64,000 bases of DNA from contig MU058384.1 of the NCBI GenBank assembly GCA_013265495.1, forward strand, positions 1,303,690 to 1,367,689, given 5' to 3'. A program made the translations under genes and the position numbers. The notes under the pieces are model-generated. The model saw only the letters and a list, made by a program, of their open reading frames with translations. It was not told where the DNA came from and made no database searches. Every line of letters begins with the position of its first letter. Within the stretch, counting starts at the first letter, position 1. Positions 13,371 to 26,216 of this stretch are shown here, piece after piece. This DNA is from Vicugna vicugna (taxonomy: Eukaryota).

Positions 13371-14194
13371 GTATTAAAAACAAAACATTGCAAGGAGTGT
13401 TTAAATGTAAAAATGAGACTTGTGGCAAATTCAGAACATGATATAATGGACCATTAAAATAGAAATGGCTTCTCTAATCAGAAAAATGAAATAGTAACTT
13501 GCATTCTCTATGGCATGTCTTTACAGAGAAAAAGTAGAATATTTACTTGAAATAATGTTGGTCTTCAATGTTGAAGTTTACTGAAGAGAAAAATATAGAA
13601 GTAGTGTGTTCACAGACAGCCTCGGGATGCACACAGAGGATGCATTGTGTTTTCTCGGGTTGCATAACTATTTTGAAGGAAGATTTACCTTCTGTGTCAT
13701 CAAGGAAGACTTTCTGGCACTGCCAGGGTACTCCACCATTTGGCCCTGGAGACTCCAAGCATGCCTGGAGACTAGTACCAACTGGTTGCTGAGTTTTGAA
13801 GAGCATTCTGATCTCTGCTGAGTTACCCTACTGGCCTCAGAAGAGTCTGACCCACATGTCACTTTCCAGCTGTTAGCTTGTTTGTTTTTAATCTCAATCT
13901 AGTTTAGTTGGAATAAGGTGAGTCACCTTGCAAGCATGTCAGCTGACATTTGTGTCACGGAAACTGATTAAAGGGGTTGGACTTGAAACTAAAAAGATAA
14001 GAATGTGATTTAATAGACCTTGTATGAACTGTGTTTTGTTTTAGTTCTTCCTTTCCATACTTACCTTGTAAACAAATTCCTTGAATTTTAAACTAAAGAT
14101 CTTAATCTTCTGCACTTACAGGGAAGCACAGAATTATTTGGGCTGTTGGCAGTCTCTGAACTCCCAAATGGATTTCTCATCAGTATCATCATTG

Positions 14195-14480
14195 TCATCT
14201 TCATCATCATAGCACTTACTATGTGCCAGGTAGTATCCAAAGTGCTTTCATACATTACCTCATTTCATCATGGAACTAATCCCGTGAATTTGGTAGTTTG
14301 CTTTTTTTTTCTATTTTATGATGAGGAAACAGACACGAAGACATAAATGACTTTCCCAAGAATGTTCAGCTAAGAAGGGGCATAGACAACATTCAGCTAA
14401 GAAGGGGCATAGACAAGGTGCAGACGCAGACACAATCACAGACACAAACAAGCTGTCTGACAATAGAGACCTTCTATATT
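14195..14480 (-). mobile_element. MIR with an internal tandem duplication (period 27)
   Basis: agcacttactatgtgccagg..ttttatgatgaggaaacaga; ttcagctaagaaggggcatagacaa at 14365-14389 and 14392-14416. Confidence 0.75.
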
Positions 14481-16424
14481 GCCCCAAAATATGATTTACA
14501 AATATAGAAATTATCCATTAAATCAATAAAGTGGAAATAAAACTATGTTCCTTGCTAATCGGATGATTGCTAATGACCAAAATAGTTATTAAGCAGTTTT
14601 GGTTGATACAATTAGTTCTTAACAATAGGTCCCCTTCCCCCAGTATAGTAAGAGATTCCTAATACCTGGGTCAGCAAATATAGGAGCAAAAAATGTTATA
14701 TATTTTAGTCATTTCTGCCTATGACTTCAGTTTTATTTTCCAGAAATCCATAACTAATGATAAGTCATACAACATTCATAGTTGTTAGAGCAGCTCAGGA
14801 TGGTTGGACAAGTTGATTATTTCATGACTAAAAACAACCACAAAACAAAACAAAACAAATCAATTCTCACTCAAAATAAATAAGTTTTCTTAAGAGACTA
14901 TTGTACATTTTAAACCATTTCTAATTAAAGAGATATTACTGAATATATTTTAAAGGGTTTGTCATAACCAAAATATCTCTAAGGTCATTGTATAGAATTC
15001 CAGTTTTATTCATATGATCATAGTAAAACTTTATGGAGATTAATAAATACCAAGATAAATAAAGACAGCAAGTCTGATCTTTGATACTTAAGAAAACATT
15101 TCTAGAATATCATTTCCATTTAGTCTAGATTGATCTAGTACTCAGACCATACACTGATACAGAATTGATATGAGGGTAAGAAAAAGATCCTTCTTTCAGA
15201 CCTTGAGCTCACCAACAAAGAGCGCAAGAAACAATCCACAGGGTGAAGGAAATCCAAGGACTGAGAGCCCAGTGGTGCTTGAGGGTAACAAAAGTATCGC
15301 CTCAAGAGAGAATTGGGAAAATCAAAGAAAAGGAGAAAGAAAAGGGCAAGGAGGGAAAAGGAAATGGGGTTTGAGGTTGGAAAGAAAACTGGGAAGACAA
15401 TGAGGAGCAGGAGGAAAAGAGGGTGGTGAAGAAAGATGGAGCCAGCTAGAGAAAGAGAAAGGGAAGAGGGTGAGTGAGCGAGCACGTTTCAGTTTCTTAT
15501 TCCATCTTATTCTTTAAAACTAAAAACTACAGGAGGTAGGGAATACATTTGTAAATGATTTTAAAGTGACAGCTTTCTTCCATGATAGCAGAGGCTACAG
15601 GTCTCAACTACCGTTACTGATTTCAAGTGTCCCTTTCTAGAGTGAGTAAAAATATCTGTCTTCTGAAAAAAGTTCCATTCCTAATGGAACTGAAAGGGGC
15701 TGGAGGCATTTATTGTGGATTCTACCTTCTCTGACTCTTCACCACCTCAAACTGGGGTGGAGCAGAGTCAAACCGCAGACATAAGCGACCTTTAACAAAG
15801 GCTTGGGATTGTTAAACCGTGGCTTTTCACCTACAACCCCTTTCACAAAATATGAGTGAAAGCTAGTATATCGTTAGTGGCCACTTGTGAACTTAAAGAA
15901 TTTATGAAAGAAAAGGCAGCCAAAAATGTCTATCATGTAATTTAGGTGATAGCACATTTGAAATAGTGATAAGATTTAGGTGTTCTGTAAATACAAAATA
16001 AAGCAACCGTGGTGACTTGGTGTACATGTGATGTGCATATGTGTATACATGTACTATACCACTTAAAAAGAAAGATCAAAAGAGGTAAAAATATCCTGAC
16101 TTGATGACAGCTGAAGAGCTGGCTGCTGCCCTCCACTACTCAAACAGTGTAAGTGCCAAGAGAGGAACTGCTCAGCTTTGGGGGTAGGGGGTGGGTAATA
16201 AGGTTTAATGGAATCAGTAGAGAAGATGAACATTAAGCCTATCTCGGAAAACTTCCTCCCAATGAAAGCTACTAGATAATGGAATCACCCCCACAAGAGA
16301 AATGCTAGAAGTCCTACCACTGAGGACATTGAGAACTCAGTGGACACTGGGAAACATTCCACTGTCTGAGACTTTATGCCCTTTTGTGTCCAAACTGAAA
16401 TACGTTAATCCCTCTTACAGAGAC

Positions 16425-16780
16425 TATGTACATAAACACTGTATACATACACACACACATACAAGTTTGTGTGTGTACATGTATACATGCACACATCACA
16501 CATGCACACAGATGTATATACATAATCTCTATATTTCTCTGTGTGTATGTTATATATGTGTGAATATATACGTTCCATATATGCTATATATAGCTCATGT
16601 GTGTATGTTATATATTCAGTCTCTCTCTATATATCACCCATATGAGTGTTTATATGCATCACACACACAGATTATACAGAGATTTGTATTATATATGTAT
16701 ATAAAACTTTTATAGAATATACATATAAACACACAGACTACATATATACAAAACGTATGTATGTGAGAGAGAGAGAACTT
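16425..16780. repeat. Degenerate (TA/CA/TG)n low-complexity tract
   Basis: Alternating purine-pyrimidine runs; source of the His/Tyr/Cys-rich spurious ORFs. Confidence 0.85.
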
Positions 16781-17719
16781 TGAGATTGAAGGCTCTTCTG
16801 TATGTATATTTTTAAACTTGCAGGTCACAAATGAAAACACTAAAAATTGTGATTGATGAATATTAAAGAAATACAGTAAGATGACAAGCCCCTCCATTTT
16901 CCTTATTACACTAATTATACCCTCTAGAGTCAGAAGCAACCAGGTTTGCATTTCTTTTCAGTTATTACCTGCAGCCTCTGAGAATAAGCCCAAAGATTAA
17001 TTTAAAATTCCAATAAAAGCAACAGAAAAACAAGTACAGATGACAAATTAAAAATGCTCAAACTCTCAGTGAGAACTTAAGGTTCAATGACCTAAGTTTT
17101 CCTTGAGAAAGGAACAATCACTTTCAGAAAACATATGCCCCCGCTGAATGACGCATCCACTCTTTCCTAAACATAGATCACATTATCAGTGTTGCCAAAT
17201 ATATCAACAACCGCCTGGCTGTTGAACACCATGTTTATCTAATGGACCATAACAGACAGCAAGAGCAAGCACAGTTGGAGACACTGATCTCTAAAAGTAT
17301 TTTCCAAACCAGTCCAGTTCTTTTTTTTTTCTTTTTTCTTCTTCGTTTTTCAATTAAGGGAAAGAGAGTTATTAAACAGGACAGATACAAGAGCACTCCT
17401 TAGATATCTCCACTGAAACCATCTCTTTTGACTGAAATGTAAAATAATTCTGGAGAGTCACATTTTCATCTCTTCACACTAGAATTAGGACAGGAAGGAG
17501 GGCCACAGAGTGAAGTTTATATTGGATACCCAACCAAATCCATTACAAACTCCATAGAGAAAATTTCTGAGGACCTCAGAAATAAATTCTCAAATTTTCT
17601 CCTCTACATAATGAAACAATTCAAATCTGAGGACCAGAATGGGGCCTAGAGGGGTTTTATACAACTACTTGTGAGAAAAATAATACAATTATACAAATTA
17701 TGTCACATTGTTTAAATTC

Positions 17720-18580
17720 AAAAGTAACACAAGTTTGTCATAAAATTTTCAGAAAACACAGGGATGTCAAAAAGAGAAAATCACATATTATTGCACAATG
17801 TAGAGGTAAATAAACACTATTAAAATTTTTGAGTCATATGTTTCCAATCTCTATCCTGAAAAAAGATATTTTAAAACCAAAAGTCGGATCATTTTGGATA
17901 TATCATTTTGTATCCTGTTTTTTTCATTACACACTGTATTATGCCCATATTTTTCATGATAGTACTATTGTACAACACCCTTTCAGTTTCTATTTGATAC
18001 TCTATTACAGCTTTGTCCAACATTCATTCATCTAATTCTCCACTGTTGTTAGCAAAGGTTTGCTGTTATTAACAGTCTGTGATATGTACCCTTACACTAT
18101 CCATTTATGTACATCCATAAATATTCCCTTAGAATAATTCACTCGAAGTCTAAGGTAAGAAAAACTCCAAGACTTTGTGATAAAAACAGCTGAAATATCC
18201 TTCAGAAAGTTTATGATACTTTTTTCTACCAATAAGATTGTTTATTGTGCTTTATGACAGAGTACCACTTTGTGAATTTGTTTCTTTTACTTCCTCAAAC
18301 CCGTCAATTTTTTTATGGCTTCTTTCATAGGTTCATGCTTAGAAAATCTTTTCCCCTCCAAGATTATTTAACTACTATATAAATAAACAAATTATAAAAA
18401 TAAATTGGAAAGTTTAAGGTGAACCTTTGCTTTTTTCAAGTCATTTTATACCTGTTTTATACATCTATATTAATATCATACCTAGAATTGATGTTGATGT
18501 ATATTATGACATAAATTAAGTTGCTACTCAGTTTTCTCAATATATTTATTAAATAAGTCATCAGGCCATCATTGAGTTTA
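17720..18580 (-). mobile_element. Highly diverged L1ME-like fragments
   Basis: Degenerate antisense L1 motifs (ttttgtatcctgtttttttcat; ttcatgcttagaaaatcttttcccctccaagattattt). Confidence 0.5.
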
Positions 18581-18989
18581 TGTGCTACCTCATAAAATTA
18601 TTATATAAACACAATTTTTATTTAATTAAATTTATAAATCATTATCCCCTCCTCTCTCTCACTTCTCTAAAAGACCCTAGAGTAGCAATTATCTCATTTG
18701 CATAGGAAGGAGTTAAAAATGGGCAGATTCTCATCTTCTATGTTTATGTGTTCTCAATTGGAAAAAAAACTCAAATGTTAGTCTCCCCCAAAACCTTAAT
18801 CCTCTCCATGAATGATGAGTGTAGGAATTAGTGGGTCAGATCCAGAAGAGATTATACAGCAGCCTGACTAGAGTGGAGATCCAAATTGCAGAGGGAAATG
18901 TACCCTTACCTAGAAAATCAAAAAAGTTTCAGTTCTTCTCCCTTTCTCCCTGTCCTTCTACCTGTCCTTTTGTGACATTTCATTTAAAG

Positions 18990-19159
18990 CAGTAGTTCTC
19001 AAACTGAGGGTCCCAGACCAGTGGCATCACATGGGAACTAGTTAGAAATGAACCACCTCAGATCTGCTGAATCAGAAATTCTGGGTGTGAGGCCCACAAC
19101 CTATGCTTTATCAAGCCCTACAGGTGACACTGAGGCACACACAAGTTTGAGAACCACTG
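18990..19159. mobile_element. MER5A-type hAT-Charlie non-autonomous DNA transposon
   Basis: TIRs cagtagttctcaaact / agtttgagaaccactg; internal ctgaatcagaaattctgg; imperfect 8-bp TSD atttaaag / gtttaaaa. Confidence 0.88.
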
Positions 19160-19992
19160 GTTTAAAAGAACCTCATCAAGAAAGAATCTAAATAGAACCC
19201 ACAAAAAATATCATGCTATCTTTATGGGATCCCAGACTTTACCAGGATCTGTAACAGAGATCTTTCATTTTCTCCATTTGCCCTTCCCCCATTTATTATG
19301 TATTTAGCTATTTATTAAACATGTTTTATGGAGCCAGATTGGGGCTGGGCACTGAGTATGGACACTGAACAAGCCAAATTCTTTGCCTATAGAAAGTTCA
19401 CAATTCACGTATTTTTTGTGCTACCAAAAAAAAACAAAAAACACAAAAAAGATTTTTAAAAACCAAAACCAAAAAACAAAACAAAAACACCTCTAAAAGA
19501 AATCTCACCTATTACTTTTCTCATTTGTCTTTTTTAATCTACATGACTAGTTAAAATAAATGCAAGCATTCTGCTTCCCTGAATACAAGCTTTTTTGTGG
19601 AAAGAACAATTCTGTGATAACTTGCAAGATGAGATCCTACAAAAGTAATATTAAAAGTACCTTAATTGAATTAACCATTAGAAGGAACCAAACATGGAGT
19701 CATACTAAAAGAATCAGGAAGAAGCCCAAGTAAGTAGCTGTTTGAAAGAGTAGACAACTGAGAAAGCAGAGCCTATCAAGTTCATTTGAAAAGATAGTCA
19801 TCACAGTGAAGGCTAACCAGGGTACAATTAAAGGTTTATCTCAGGGAAGGGAGAAGGGCCAGATGTAATATAAGAGATAACAGCAACAATTTAGGAAATT
19901 TGGGGGTGGATACAAGTAACAGGTGCAAAATGCAGGATGATCTTGAGTATTTCAAACTCAAGAAAAAGAATGCAATAACCACAGTTATTTTT

Positions 19993-20335
19993 ATTATATT
20001 TTTTAAATTGAAGTATAGTTGATTTACAATATTGTGTTAGTTTCAAGTGTACAGCAAGTGATTTGATTATACATATATATAAATATATCTACATTCTTTT
20101 TTTCAATTCTTTTCCGTTCTAGCTTACTACAAGATATTGAATATGTGGCATCTAAATATGCTTTACAGAAAATAGGTGTGGCATTAAAAAATAGTGCAAA
20201 TAAACTTATTTACAAAACAGAAACAGACTCAGAGACATACAAAATAAACTTATGGTTACCGAAGGGGAAGGGGGCAGAGGGATAAATTGGGACTATGGGA
20301 TTAAGTGATGTACACTACCATATATAAATTAAGCA
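19993..20335 (-). mobile_element. Short LINE-1 insertion with 5' inversion (twin priming)
   Basis: Antisense L1 3' end ~19993-20145, then sense 3'UTR segment to 20335; 12-bp TSD acagttattttt at 19981-19992 and 20336-20347. Confidence 0.85.
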
Positions 20336-20819
20336 ACAGTTATTTTTTAAAAGGAGGATTAACTAACTGAATCATTGGTTTGGACTAATTATGTTAAACT
20401 GTTAGTATCTCTCCTCTGTCTGTAGCTTTTTCCACAATGAGTGAAGTGATCACCTTTCCCTGACACCAGACCTCCACCTTCCCTTCAGGCTCAGCTCAGG
20501 ACACACATCTCCTCCAGGATACCCTTTCCCTGACAAACCTCTTTCTCACCCTATGTATACATGCCTCATTTGGCCCTTTCTTCAAATAGCTCTTTCAATA
20601 ATTACAAGAGCCCCAGTGCTATTTTAATCTTGCAGTACAGATTTATAAGTGACATAGTAAGGTTAACTCAACTCAAGTCACCCTGAAGGATATCATGGCA
20701 GAAGGATACAAAAAGGGAGTATTTTCCAGAATGCTCAGGGAGAGACTTCCAGGAGGTAATGCCACTCTCTGGGGGAAAAAGAAAACAAAGCTCTTCACAG
20801 CTCAATTTGATCGCACTTC

Positions 20820-21157
20820 CTTATCAGTCAATATTCTTTCCCCTCTTCACCTAGATGATGCCTACTTATTCCTCAGACTGAAATTCAAGCGTCAGTTCTG
20901 CCAAGAAGTCAATTCTGATTGTTTGGACAGTTCAAATTCTCCTGTTGAAAGGTGCCATTGCTCCTGTACCCCTCTTCACAGTATGTTTGTCAATTACAAC
21001 TTAATACGTATGTATGTGATCAAAGTCCAATTATTCCACTTGATGCTTCTCTCCTTGTCTATTTTTGTTCACTTTTGAATCATCAGAACCTCTGGCATTG
21101 TCTACCACATGGCAGGTAATAACAAAATACTTAAATATTTGTTGAATTAATAAATGA
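20820..21157 (+). mobile_element. L2 3' fragment
   Basis: cctacttattcctcagactgaaattcaagcgtca.. ending aaatatttgttgaattaataaatga, the typical L2 tail. Confidence 0.65.
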
Positions 21158-22040
21158 CTGTTCATGTGCTTGAACAAGTGAAGCACCCCACTTCCTCTTA
21201 AGATCTTACTCTGCCTAGAATACTCTTCCCTTGTAATCTATGTCTTGTTCTTGCAATTCCATTAGCAGTGCTTATCAAATTATCAGTGGGATCTTTCACC
21301 CTATTATTTTAACACAAGCAGCCACTTCTTCCCCTATAGCTCTTACATGTACTTATTTACCGATTGTTCCTCTCAATCCCACTTCCTGCCCCCAGTACAA
21401 TAAACTTCCATAAAAACAAGAATGTAGACTGGTTAACTGCTATAGTTCCAGCTTCTGGTACAGTGTTTGAGTAAGTAAGGAAAAAGGTTTATCCTAACTT
21501 AGAATCACTGAAATAGACCAGCACAGAATGGAGGCACACTAGACTCTACCAAACTGATAGTCAGTAGCCAAAAGGTAAGTGCACTATACCTTTTAGGTCA
21601 TTCAGGCTCATTTAGGTTCAGAGCAACAAGAATGCAGCAGTAGGGAGCAGACCAGGGAGGTGATGATATGTGAAATACGAAGGTGTCTCACATCTTTAGC
21701 CATTGTAAGCAATACAGACGACATCCTAACATTTGGGGAACTGAACAGCATGAGTGGGTAGGGCAGGGAAGACTTTTTCAAACACGAGCTAAAAACTTAT
21801 TGCTAATATACATTATTTTCTGTTAATTAAGTATATAAATATAACTCTGTGACAAGAGCCTTTACAGGATACAAGTTATGGTAGAGAAAGAACAGTGCTT
21901 GGTCCCACATAATGGGTAAGTCCAGATACTCCCATTGCCAAAGTGGGCTCATTGTCAGAGTCAGACAATCATGACAACTACTGCCAGTGTGGGTGACATG
22001 GATATTGTGTGCATTTTGACACTTTTCTGTTATTGCCTTC

Positions 22041-22434
22041 TGTTATAAGCTGAATTGTGTCACCACCCCATCAAAGAAATCATGCTGAAGTTCTAACCCT
22101 CACTATCGCAAGATGTGACTATATTTAGAGATTGGGCCTTTAAAGAGGTAACTGGAGTTAAAATGAGGTTATTAGGGTAAGCTCGAATCCAATATGACTA
22201 GCCTCCTTATAAGAGGAGACCAGGTCACAGACACATGCAGAAGACCACGTGAACCTTCAGAGAGAAGAAAGCCATCTACAAGCCAAGGAGAGAGACATCA
22301 GAAGAAATTAGTTAACTCTGATGACACTTTGATCTCCAATTTCTAGCCTCCAGAACTGTGAAAACATAAATTTCTGTTGTTTAAACAACCCAGTCTGTGG
22401 TATTTTATTATAGAAGCCATAGAAGATTAACGTA
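22041..22434 (+). mobile_element. MaLR solo LTR (MLT1B-like)
   Basis: Starts tgttataagctgaattgtgtc; gccatctacaagccaaggagagag; ctagcctccagaactgtga..aataaatttctgttgtttaa; ccttc on both flanks. Confidence 0.88.
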
Positions 22435-22635
22435 ACCTTCATTTTTAAATATTTTAATTTAAACTTATGAACTTAGCAAAGCATAATATATCCCAAAAGT
22501 CTATTTGTTGACTTACTGAAAGAGAAAGAAAGAGACAAAGTTAGCATGGATATTAGGAAATATTAACAACAAAGTGAAATGGACAAAGTTTTTAAAAGAT
22601 ATTCACTGGTAATATATTTGCCTGAGAAGAAAACA

Positions 22636-24220
22636 CAATGATCAAGATATCAGTTATCCCACAAAAGAATTGCCAAAGCAATCCTGAGGAAAAGAACAAA
22701 ACTGAAAGCATAACCCTTCCAGACTTCAGACAATACTACAAAGCTACAGTAATAAAAACAATGTGGTATTGGCACAAAACCAGAAATATAGGTCAATGGA
22801 ACAGAATAGAGAGCCCAGAAATAAATCCACACACCTAAGGTCAATTAATCTATGACAAAGTAGGCAAGAATATACAACAGAGAAAAGACAGTTTCTTCAG
22901 CAAGTGGTGTTGAGAAAGTTAAACAGCTACATGTAAATCAATAAAATTACACCTCTCTCTCATACCATATATAAAAATAAGCTCAAAATGCTTTAAAGAC
23001 CTAAAATATAAGACATGACACCATAAAATTCCTAGAAGAGAACATGGGCAAAACATTCTTGGACATAAACATTAGCAATATTTTCTTAAGGCAAGAGAAA
23101 TACAAGTAAAAATAAACAAATGGGACCTAATCAAACTTACAAGCTTTTGCACATCAAAGGAAGTCATAAATAAAACAAAAATACAATCTATGGACTGTGA
23201 GAAAACATTTGCAAATGATGCAACTGACAAGGGCTTAATTTCCAAAATATACAAACAGCTTATACAACTCAATACCCAAAAAAGCCAAACAACCCAATCA
23301 AAAAATGGGCAGAAGACCTAAACAGACATTTTACCAAAGACATACACGTGGCCAACATGAAAAGATGCTCAATTTCACTAATAATTAGAGAAATGCAAAT
23401 CAAAACCGCAATGATGTATCACTACACATCAGTTAGAATGGCAAACATTAAAAGGTCTACAAATAATAAATGTTGGAGAGGGTGTGGAGAAAAGGAAAAC
23501 TCTCCTACACTTGTGGCCGGAATGTATATTGGTTTAGCCACTATGGAAAATAGTATAGAGACTACCTAAAAAACTAAAAATAGACTTACCATACGATTCA
23601 GCAATTCCGCTCTTGAGCACATATCCAGAAAAGACAAAAATTCTAATTAGAAAAGATACATGCTCCCCAATGTTCATAGCAGCACTACGAACAATAGCCA
23701 AGACATGATAACAATCCAAGTGCCCATCAACAGACAACTAATTTAAGAAGATGTGGTATGTATGCATGTGTGTGTGTATATATATATACACATATATATA
23801 TAAAGTCATTAAACAATATATATATATAATGAAATATTCTCAGCCATAAAAAGAGAATAAAATAATGCCATTTGCAGCAAAATGGAAGGACCTAGAGATT
23901 ATCATACTAAGTGAAGTAAGTCAAAGACAAATATATGATACCACTTACATGTGAATCTAAAAAATAATACAAATAAATCTATATACAAAACAGAAACAGA
24001 CTCACAGACATAGAAAACAAACTTGTGATTACCAAAGGGGAAAGGGAGGTGGGAGGGTTAAATTAGGAGTATAGGATTAACAGATACAAACTATATATAA
24101 AATAGATAAACAACAAGGATTTACTATATAGCACAGGGATCTATATTCAATATTTTGTAATAACTATAATGAAAAATAATCTAAATATATGTATACATAT
24201 ATAACTGAAGGAAAAAAAAA
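22636..24220 (+). mobile_element. 5'-truncated decayed LINE-1 (ORF2 3' part and 3'UTR)
   Basis: ORFs 22638-22838 ([36 protein letters not shown]) and 23348-23569 ([17 protein letters not shown]) are ORF2p fragments; colinear with 11080-12820 but stops at ataactgaa before the usual terminal segment. Confidence 0.95.
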
Positions 24221-26151
24221 CAGTTCTTCAAGAAAACTCTATGTATGTATACTCTACTTCACATAAACTGATACTAGAGAGTAGACTATTTGTACCAACT
24301 AATAAAGAAGAGAAGATACAACTAAACGTGGAGGAAATAAGTATATTTCAAAAGAAGTAACAAGTAGCAGAGATTCTGGAAGGCAGAAAAAGATGTTAGA
24401 AATCAAATTGTTGGGGAGAGTAGGAGATCATGAAAATGACAATGAAAGAAAAAACATAAGCTACAGAAGTTACAGAAAAATGAGTCTAAAATGTAAAATG
24501 GAGGCATAAGAGCAAAGAAAAAGAGAAAGTTATTACCAGTATACACCCGAGGAAAGAGCATCACAGCTTTTCCAGAGCCCACAGAAATATCTGAAGCCTT
24601 AGCATAAAATGCATTGGATCTAAAAATGAAAACCACAAAATCAAATCTTATGTAAAAGTTTACAAATTCAGATACTATGTTTCAAATCATTTGTATCTTA
24701 AATACATATAACAGTTTATATACCAATTATATATGATTTGGGAAAGGGAAACATTTTAACATGTTTGATATGACATATGTGGTACATCTAAAATAAGAGC
24801 ACCAAGGACTTCTGAAAGTCTTAACATTGCCATAGGGAAAGGTAACAACACAATGTAGGAGGAGAAAGAGGATATGGTAGAGACAAAATAGCTTTACCTG
24901 AGTCATAGAATCATGAGTTCTCTGGCAAATTTAATGGTGCTACTAGACAGTTGTTCCTAAAAGAAAATATTGAGAGAGGTGGTAATCGGTGCTAAAAACT
25001 CAAACATTGTATATCTTGCTTTTTGGCATTATGGTTGCAAAAATACCACCCAAAAGTATATTTTTGCATCAGCAATCTGTTTAGTAAAAAAACACAGGGT
25101 TATATCTAAATGATGACAGACAAACACTAATTTAACAAACTCAGTGAAAGAAATCTGCCTTTAGAGGAAAAAACATCATTCACCAGTTGCTTGGCATTAT
25201 GAAGAGGGAACTATTTTACTTTTTCAAGACTGAATTACCACTTCCTGTAGAAATTACCTAATAAAACAAACTGGATTGCTTACATCAACCTGAATCTATT
25301 GTTCAATAAAACACAGCCAGGTCTGATCATTAAAAAATAGTGTTTCCAGGGAATGAAGACAAGCAGTTGTGTTACTGTCTTAAAGTAACATCTCCACTAC
25401 TTCAAATACAATAAAAATTCATTGATTAACTCTTCATTAAAAAGATAAAGCAACCCAGTATGATATCACACTTGAAGGAAGAATTATGACAACTTAATTT
25501 AATGCCAAAATATAGAATATTATTTTTAATAGGATAGTATGGGAATTTTAGGGAGGACATAACAAATAATGAAAATCAGGATGTTTATCATATTGATAGG
25601 TCATAATAATTTTTTACAACATTCTGCCAGCATGTGAACCCTGAAAATAAATTTGACTAGAATATAAAAAAGCCTGAGTTTCAGTTCTCAGAAGAGGGAA
25701 ACTGATTATCTAAATCATGAAAACTAAAACCACATTTAAAATTTTCCATTATTAAAAGTTCTAACAACTCTTAAGTACATACTTTCTAATGTATATTTAG
25801 GTATATTTCTTATGTAGGAGGACTAAGTAACTCTGGAATCCTAAGTACTTCACATAATAGTTACAGATGATGAGTTTTGCAGTTACGGAATTTAATTATT
25901 AGATAAGTAACTTTTTCTTTCTTGAAACTGAAACTATTATCACTTGGTATAAATCTGTTACTACACATTGAGTTGATACACTTTGAATGCAAGTATCATT
26001 GCAATCTAGCAATATAAAAGAGGTTAACCAGGATGCTCTGACTCACAGATAAGTATTTCTGGGATAAGAGAACATGGGAAATGAACCATCACTGCTAATG
26101 TGAGCAACACTGCCAAGAGGTAACAACGACCCATCAAGCTTAACATATTTT

Positions 26152-26216
26152 GTAATTTTTTTTTAATTGAAGTATAGTCAGTTATAATGTGTCAGTTTCT
26201 GGTATACAGCACAATG
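26152..26216 (-). mobile_element. Extremely truncated LINE-1 3' tip with TSD
   Basis: T-run then aattgaagtatagtcagttataatgtgtcagtttctggtatacagcacaatg; perfect 14-bp TSD gcttaacatatttt at 26138-26151 and 26217-26230. Confidence 0.88.

Noticed and set aside
13543..13862. Overlapping ORFs on both strands as a coding exon (minus donor AAG|GTAAAT near 13688)
   Set aside because: No recognisable protein in any frame and a weak acceptor; cannot be supported without a homology search.
16302..16951. 137-aa and 105-aa ORFs
   Set aside because: Products of a TA/CA low-complexity tract.
18808..18870. C/D box snoRNA (atgatga..ctga)
   Set aside because: No terminal stem or recognisable rRNA guide; these motifs are frequent by chance.
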